NCBI RefSeq assembly: GCF_011386835.1
Contig: NC_088803.1
Location: 11,780,001 to 11,844,000, forward strand
DNA length: 64,000 nucleotides
DNA from: Chrysemys picta bellii
Taxonomy: Eukaryota
Reading direction: 5' to 3'
Each line of letters opens with the position of its first letter. Position 1 is the stretch's first letter. The translations under genes and the position numbers were made by a program. The notes under the pieces are model-generated. The model was given only the letters and a program-made list of their open reading frames with translations. It did not search any database and was not told the DNA's origin. Below are positions 56,711-64,000 of this stretch, piece by piece.

Positions 56711-57312
56711 AGCTCCTCAAAGATATGTCAGTGGCTAAACTTTCATTGTTTTCTATGCGAGAAAAAATGTCTCAAGGGAAAGAATCATTCCCAAAAGTTC
56801 AGTTTCAGTGTAAAATATCAGGACTGCCTGGAACGGGCCCCTCAACTAGATGGACAGACTCACAGACAGAGCAACACAATGACGGAAAGATCAATAGCTA
56901 GATAGACCAATAAACCAATGGATAGATGGACAGGTTTCATGTAAACCCAAGTTACTTGTTTACATTCTATTTTGTTTCAAGTTCCTTTAACCATCCCACC
57001 TTCCCTACTGCCCAACTTTGCTGATTTGCACCAGCTGAGTATTTATAGAAACCTCTGATCTTCACAGAGCTTACTGTCCTGCTCAGTGAATGTCAAAGAA
57101 TAATACTGAGATTCTATAAAAAGCTAACTTTCCATCCACCATGACCAGCTGGAATTTTAAAGCACTTGAGGGCTTTATACTGAAAAGTCAGGGAAGATGG
57201 ACATGACACTTCTCCTCTTTGTGCTTTAGTTTCTCCAGCTATAGAAAGGGATGATAAGTTTTACGTATCCCTCAGTGGAATTCTGAGGCTAAATTAATTA
57301 ATATTTTTAGAA

Positions 57313-58995
57313 TTATAGATGTGTAGGACAGGAAAGGACCTCAATAGGTCAACTAGTCCCATCCGCTGCACTCAAGGCAGGACTAAGTAATAACTAGACC
57401 ATTCATGGCAGGTGGTTGTCTAATCTGCTTTTAAAACCTCCAATGACTGAGATTCCACAACTCCCTAGTCAATTTGTTCTAGTGCTTAACTAACTTGATA
57501 GGACATTTTTCCTAATATCCAATCTAAACCTCTCTTGCTGCAATTTAAACACATTGCTTCTTGTCCTATCCTCAGAGGTGAACAAAAACATTTTTGGCCT
57601 TCTTCTTTGTAACCTTTCATATACTTGAAAACTGTTATCACTTCAGTCTTCACTTTTCCAGACTAAACAAACCCATTTTTTTTCAATCTTCCCTCATAGG
57701 TCATATTTTCTAGACCTTTAATCATTTTTGTTGCTCTCCTCTTGACTTTCTCCAATTTGTCCACATCCTTCCTGAAATGTGGCACCCAGATCTGGACACA
57801 GTACTCCAACTAAGGCCTCATCAGCACAGAGTAGAGCGGAAGAACTACTTCTCGTGTCTTGCTTACAATATACCTGCTAATCCCAGAATGATGTTATTTT
57901 TTTTTGGTAACACTGTTACACCGTTGACGCATATTTCGGTTGTCATTTCCCAGTTTGTATCCGTGCAACTGATTGTTCCTTCCTTAGTGGAGTACTTTGC
58001 ATTTGTCCTTATTGAATTTCATCCTGTTTACTTCAGACCATTTCTCCAGTTTGTCCAAATCATTTTCAATTTTCATCCTATCCTCCAAAGCACTTGCAAT
58101 CCCTCCCAGCTTGGTATCATCCAAAAATGTTATCAGTGTACTCTCTTTTCCATTATCTAAATCATTGATGAAGATATTGAACAAAACTGGAGCCAGTACT
58201 GATCCCTGCGGGACCCCACTCATTATGCCCTTCCAGCATGATCTCAACTAATGATAACTACTCTCTGGAAATGGTTTTCCAAACAGTTATGCATCCACCT
58301 CATAGTAGCTCCATCTACGTTGTATTTCCCTAATTTGTTTATGAGAAGGTCATGTGAGACAGTATCAAAAGCTTTGCTAAAGTCAAGACATACTTAGTGC
58401 TTCCTCCTATCCACAAGCCTTGTTACTCTGTCATTTGGTTTGACATGATTTGTTCTTGACAGTGACAGTAACTTATCATCTTCCAGGTGTTTAAAGATTG
58501 ATTGCTGGATTATTTGCTCCTTTATCTTTCCAGGTACTGAAGTTATGCTGACTGGTCTGTAGTTCCCCAAGTTTTTCTTACTCCTCTATTTATAGATGGG
58601 CACTATATTTTCCCTCTTCCAGTTTTGTGGAATCTCTCCCATCTTGTATGACTTTTCAAAGATAATATAGCTCAGTGATTAGAGCATTGGCCTGCTAAAC
58701 CCAGGGTTGTGAGTTCAATCCTTAAGAGGGCCACTTAGGGATCTAGGGCAAAAACAGTACTTAGTCCTGCTAGTGAAGACAGGGGGCTGGACTCAATGGC
58801 CTTTCAAGGTCCCTTCCAGTTCTAGGAAATAGGATATCTCCATTAATTTATTTATTTTAGATAACTCCTCAGTCAGTTCCTTGAGTATTCTAGGATGTAT
58901 TTCATCAGTCCCTGCTCACTTGAAGACCTCTTACATGTCTAAGCAATTTTTAACTTGTTCTTTCCCTATTTTAGCCTCAGATCCTAACTCATTTA
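57313..58995 (-). mobile_element. Composite, internally deleted CR1 LINE with a nested SINE
   Basis: CR1 3' end at 57313. ORF 57984-58247 reads SGVPQGSVLAPVLFNIFINDLD...DDTKLGG...NRMKFNKDKCKVLH. Confidence 0.88.
58667..58857 (+). mobile_element. Tortoise PolIII/SINE-type element
   Basis: ATAGCTCAGTGATTAGAGCATTGGCCTGCTAAACCCAGGGTTGTGAGTTCAATCC head (A and B boxes), tail GGTCCCTTCCAGTTCTA and (TTTA)n. Confidence 0.85.
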
Positions 58996-59154
58996 TAGAC
59001 CATGTTGAGATCCTCAAGTAGCGGGTGGTATGGAAATGAAAATTGATATTCTTATTATTGAATCAAAGACATTCCTAAATAACTGTTGATAATTCAAGTA
59101 AAAATGGAATTGATTATTTTTTCATAATATATGGACAAGAGCCAAAATTCATTG

Positions 59155-59190
<36 letters not shown>

Positions 59191-59374
59191 AAGGCTCATA
59201 GAAAATTGGAGATAGTAAAAAGGAGAAGGGAAAATATGAATATTGTTGTGGGGGAAGGGAATTAAAGAATCTAAAATATGAAGAAACTTCCAGAGACTTG
59301 GAGTATGTGACTATATGACTGCCAGAAAATATAACAACTATGGATAGACATGTAGAGGGTTGTAAAGGAGAGTA

Positions 59375-59761
59375 GAGCTGATTGAAACATTTCAGATGAA
59401 TGTTTTTGGTAAGAAAATGCTGATTAAACAAAATCTGAATGTTCACCTGGAATGTTTTATTTTTATTTAAATTTGTTTGGGAAATTCATATTGTGGGGGG
59501 GAAATGATTTAATCTTTATCATTTTAAATATAATATAATATAATATAATATAATATAATATAATATAATATAATATAATATAAATGTCAACGTATTAAAT
59601 CCTCCCAATGTTTTTATCTTATTGAAATGCTATATTTCAGAATATTTTGTTTCACTGAAAAAATCTGAAATGTTGACTTTTTGGCCTGATTTGGGATAAA
59701 ACCAAATTCTGAAATTATTCATTTTTTCCAGGACAGAAATTCAATTTTTAGACTAGCCCTG
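59375..59761. mobile_element. AT-rich non-autonomous DNA-element-like repeat containing (TAATA)n
   Basis: Degenerate inverted ends TAGAGCTGATTGAAA ... TTTTTAGACTAGCCCT. Pentamer array at 59527-59582. Confidence 0.45.
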
Positions 59762-60885
59762 AAAAAGGTATAAGGCATTGTTCCTATTCTTATTTCTGAT
59801 GATAGTAATGATGAATAACTAGCCAGTTCTTTGAGACCTTACTGATTACCATTTGAATTGTTCCCTGAGCAATTCCACAGAAACCAATGTGATTATTTAT
59901 GGAACAAGGTCCCTTTCAGACTGAAAGTATTAAAATATGTCCCCTAACATTTATACAGCACCTTCCAACTCAGGTTCTCTGAGGAACTAACATCAGTTGT
60001 GCCAGCTTCACAACCTCTGGCTGTGGCAGGTCACTATTTACCCCACTTTTGTAGATGGAGAAACTGAGGCACAAAGAGGAAAGAAGCAATTCTCCATCAA
60101 GGTCCCACAACAAGCTTGTGGTGGGGGCAGTAAGAGATTCTGGATCTCATGAGTTGCCCAGGTCTAAGCACAGAATTACCCCTGAATATACCCTATACAT
60201 ATGAGAGTGTAACCCTCAGCAGAAACCCAGTGATATGACCGATCATATTACACACATGGGGGCCATGTCTCTATACAGAGACAGACAAGCTTTTTATTTC
60301 ATGCACCCACTTCCATTCTAAAGACAGAAGTAATGTCTTCATGAATAAAGAGGCTGCAGAGACCACAGCCTGGACACCTTGGATTTCAGGAAAAAAACAA
60401 CATCTGTAAGGGATCACTTAAAGCCAACTGCTACAATCTAGAAAATGTTGCCACATGAGGTGGCTTATTCATGTGTGCCATTGCAAAATTGAGCCCTGGA
60501 TAAATGTCTGATAAAGTAGACAATCCTATTGCTAAACACTTCTAGATTTCCAGAATCAGGAAAATCTGTGTAAAATTAAAATGTAATTGGCAATAACTTA
60601 ATTCAGTGTCTGAGAGCTCTGAAAATCATGGGGAATTAAAAATGATTAAATAAAGATAACAATTAAATAAAAAGAGGACATATACTTCATCATTAGCATT
60701 CATTCTATGCAATCACTTTCTACAAATAAAGTAATAAAACACAATACAATCTCTCAGTTGCCTTCACGTTAATTATAAGATACTAGTTTCTCCCTTTATT
60801 GATTGCCAGACTCTGCCAGATATGGAACTGTGTCTGTCTGATTTACTAGAGTGGTAGGTTCTGGTTTGCATTGCTTGTGGGACAC

Positions 60886-60889
60886 CTTT

Positions 60890-60977
<88 letters not shown>

Positions 60978-60978
60978 T
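60886..60978. repeat. (TTTC)n microsatellite
   Basis: About 23 units. Confidence 0.95.
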
Positions 60979-61589
60979 GAACTGAGATAATATCTAGGAG
61001 TCCCGATCATGCATCAGGACCACATTGTTCTATGCTCTGGACAAAACCCGAGCAAAAAGACAACCCTTGTCCCATCGAACTTCCAGTATAATTACATCAT
61101 TTCCCAATCTGTATGCCTGTTGGAAGATTTTACATTATTATTTGGAGCCCTGGGGATGGCTAATGTTCGGAATTTCCAACAAGAGGCACCTATTTAATTG
61201 CAGTTTTTAATTTCTTCAGGAAAGCAAGAAAAATACTCAGGACCGATCCTCAGCCTGTGTACATTCTCTGCTACAATTTAGAATTTATCGTGGGTTTCTG
61301 TACTGAGATAGCTCAAGGCACAATGCAACTTTCTCTTTTGGACTAGTCCCAAAGGAGGGCTCATTATTCTCATTTAGAAGAGACTTGTGCTTTTAGAAGT
61401 GAAGAAATAAGTTTCCTCTCTATTCTCCCCATGTCCCTGGTTTTATTCAATTCATACAATAACTGTGTGTGTTGTTTGTAGTGCCTGGGTACACACTTCA
61501 CTGATTAAGCACCACCAGAATACAGAAAAAAGTCCTGATTCTGTCTACATTATTTATGTTGACCTGTACAGTACTGTCCATGGTAGCCC

Positions 61590-61970
61590 AATGAAATCAA
61601 GTAAGCTTCTTGCATGGAGTGACACCTACCTCAAGAAGATCAACTTGTTTGCTTTCAGGATCTTCAGAAGGTGAGCAACATTCCTATGTATAGTCCTGTC
61701 CTATGTATACCTCATCTCCACCATCCTGAGATATGCTCTATGAAGTGGAAACTTTTTCCACCTGTATGTCTCACCTGACCGTCCTCCTCCTGTTTTGTGA
61801 CACCCAAGTTGGGCCCATCTCCAGCTACTCGCTGAATAATGACAGGGTGTTGCCTGTGCTTTACAACACAGTCACCTCTCATGCTGAAGCCATTGAGCTA
61901 CACCCTGAAGAACAGGGTGTGAAAGTGGAACTGAGAAAAGTCTTGATGGGGAAATTGTATTTGCAATGAA
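61590..61970 (+). pseudogene. Highly decayed OR 3' half
   Basis: Remnants KLLAWSDT (KLxCSDT), IVLSYVYLISTILR, TFSTCMSHLTVLLLF, DRVLPVLYNTVT and, in a shifted frame, MLKPLSYTLKN. Confidence 0.7.
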
Positions 61971-62586
61971 ATTGGAAATGTTTTTCTCTAGGGCTTGTGA
62001 ATATCTTCTCAGTGCTAAAGGACTCTCCTTTTCTCATTTCATTTTCTGCTCTGTGTTTAGTAGAAATGGTGAAAAAATTACAAAACAAATGAAGTTACTT
62101 TCATTTGGTAACTTCAAATTGACCTATTTTTGTCTTTTTCGTGAAATTTTCTATTGTACTTTATTGTTTATTATTCATGCTCATTTTCTACAATTTTACT
62201 GAAATTTTGTTCAAAATCATTCTCAAAATGGTTAGCTTGCAGCACATGAACATTGTCTTCCAAAATTAGCTTTTTTAACAACATATTTCATTGCAATTTT
62301 GAGTTAAAATGAAAAAAAATCCATGCATATTCACATTAAATGTAGATGAATTTTTGAGATTTTTCTGTGTGTTTCAAGCAGCAGTATATATGATCAACAT
62401 TTCTGAAACTTTGATGCCTTTTTCTGGCCAAAATTTCTAATTTCATCCCCCCAGAAAATTGACAAAATGTTTTCAACATTTTTGTGTGTTTCATTTTGCA
62501 GTTTTAAGAAACTACTTCAATGGTAGCAGTGAATGGCATTGACATCAAAGGAACTACTCAAGATTTATACAGTTGGATAACTGATC

Positions 62587-63582
62587 TCAGAACAAGACCT
62601 GTATCCCAATTATTTTCTTTGAGAAAATATTTTTTCCTTTCAGCCCATCCCACAACAATCTCCACACAGCACCTTTCACCTCATTGTTCCTCAGGCTGTA
62701 GACTATAGGGTTCAAGATGGGGGTGATGGTTGTATACATCAGAGCCAGCACTTTGTTGCTGTCCGGTGAGTTAGTGGACTTGGGTCTTAAATAGATCAGG
62801 CCACTGCTCCCATAATACAATATCACCACAATGAGGTGTGAGGAGCAGGTGGAGAAAGCTTTGTGTCTGCCATCAGCCGAAGCCATCTTTAAAATGGTGG
62901 AGATAATAACAATGTAGGACACAAGGATGAGAGAAAATGGAGTAAAGTTGACCAGTATAGTAGCTGTAAACAACTGCATTTCATATGAAGAGGTGTCAGT
63001 GCAAGAAATCTTAAGCAATGGGGGAATGTCACAGAAGAAATAGTTAATCTGATTGGACCCACAAAATGGCAAGTTGAAAACCCAGGTTGTCTGTACTAGG
63101 GATACCACGTTACCACTGAACCAAGAGAGAACTACCAATGAAAGGCAGACCCTCCTGTTCATGATGAGTCTGTACCTCAATGGGTTGCATATGGCCACAT
63201 AGCGGTCATACGCCATTGCAGCCAGAAGGAAGCACTCAGAGATTCCAAGGAAGAGCAGGAAGTACATTTGTACAGCACAACCCACATAGGAAATGCTCCT
63301 GTTGTCTGAGAGGAAGTTCACCAGCATCTTAGGGATGGTGACCGAGGTGTAGCAGATCTCCAGGAAGGATAAGACTCTGAGAAAGAAATACATAGGGGTT
63401 TGAAGGGCTGTGTCTATGGTGATGAGGATGATGAGGATGTTCCCCATCAGGGTAATCAAGTAAATTAACAGATAGATGGAGAACAGAGGCACCTGCAGCT
63501 CATGGTGGTTGGACAATCCCAGTAGAATGAATTCAGTCACTGTGGTGAGGTTCCCCATTCTTGATTCCTTTGCATATTTCAT
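62587..63582 (-). CDS. Olfactory receptor, family 10-like, 331 aa, intact
   Basis: LQTPMYFFL, MAYDRYVAIC, FFCDIPPLLKISC, KAFSTCSSHL, NPIVYSLRN. The first ATG is directly after the acceptor TCCCACAG. Confidence 0.93.
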   Translation of the reverse strand: MKYAKESRMGNLTTVTEFILLGLSNHHELQVPLFSIYLLIYLITLMGNILIILITIDTALQTPMYFFLRVLSFLEICYTSVTIPKMLVNFLSDNRSISYVGCAVQMYFLLFLGISECFLLAAMAYDRYVAICNPLRYRLIMNRRVCLSLVVLSWFSGNVVSLVQTTWVFNLPFCGSNQINYFFCDIPPLLKISCTDTSSYEMQLFTATILVNFTPFSLILVSYIVIISTILKMASADGRHKAFSTCSSHLIVVILYYGSSGLIYLRPKSTNSPDSNKVLALMYTTITPILNPIVYSLRNNEVKGAVWRLLWDGLKGKNIFSKKIIGIQVLF

Positions 63583-64000
63583 CTGTGGGAGACAATAAAT
63601 ACCCAGCTATCATGTGAAGAAGTGACCTACTGCAGGAAATAAGGAGAAATAGTCAAAGGCACACATTCTCCAATGGACATTCTATGAGAGTTGGGGGTCA
63701 TGTCCTCAAAGATATTTCAGTGGCTCACAACCTTTGATTTCTATGGGAGTTAGGCACCTAAATCCCTGTAAGGATCTGTACCTGGGTGTTTTACTGCCCC
63801 ATGTGCATTTTGTTGGTGATGGTAATGCAGCATTAAGGTCTGTATATTTGCCTGAGATAGACTTTTGGGTTTTGTTTGACCATTTGAATTTTGAGGTCTT
63901 TAAAACACAATTGTTTATGTCTTAGTATCATGTGTGAGCAAAGAACAAGGACACCATATGTTGCTTCTGCCTAGCCAGTTGGAGTTACAGCCCGATAAGA

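Noticed and set aside
59154-59187. Long poly-T tract as a possible retrocopy tail
   Set aside because: No TSD or recognisable retrogene or SINE body was found adjacent to it.

Overview
Vertebrate genomic DNA, almost certainly a turtle. This is inferred from tortoise-type tRNA/CR1-tail SINEs, turtle-type CR1 and Penelope repeats. The window is part of a class II olfactory receptor (OR) cluster undergoing birth-and-death evolution. It holds six full-length single-exon OR ORFs: two family-14-like on the minus strand (2838-3785, 16490-17437), three family-11/6-like on the plus strand (31462-32421, 39998-40957, 49808-50788) and one family-10-like on the minus strand (62587-63582). It also holds five OR pseudogenes or fragments. 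The genes sit in nested tandem segmental duplications: an older OR14 module, a roughly 8.55 kb [OR14 pseudogene + OR11-like gene] module present about three times, and an older OR10 module. Between them are CR1 LINEs, SINEs, solo LTRs, hAT and Harbinger MITEs, Penelope-like elements (PLEs) and one truncated Gmr1-type Gypsy element. I cannot support a wholly new biological system. The best leads are: minimal hammerhead-ribozyme motifs with a palindromic stem III in PLE termini; a Gmr1-type element with a SCAN-like capsid, integrase before RT and a bulged tRNA-Leu PBS; an OR with a relict second start, possibly a chimera or regulatory swap; OR stop codons donated by a CR1; an OR ORF that is open but probably dead; and a hairpin-primed inversion at a PLE 5' end. 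All alignments and percentages were done by eye and no database searches were run. OR family labels are motif-based.
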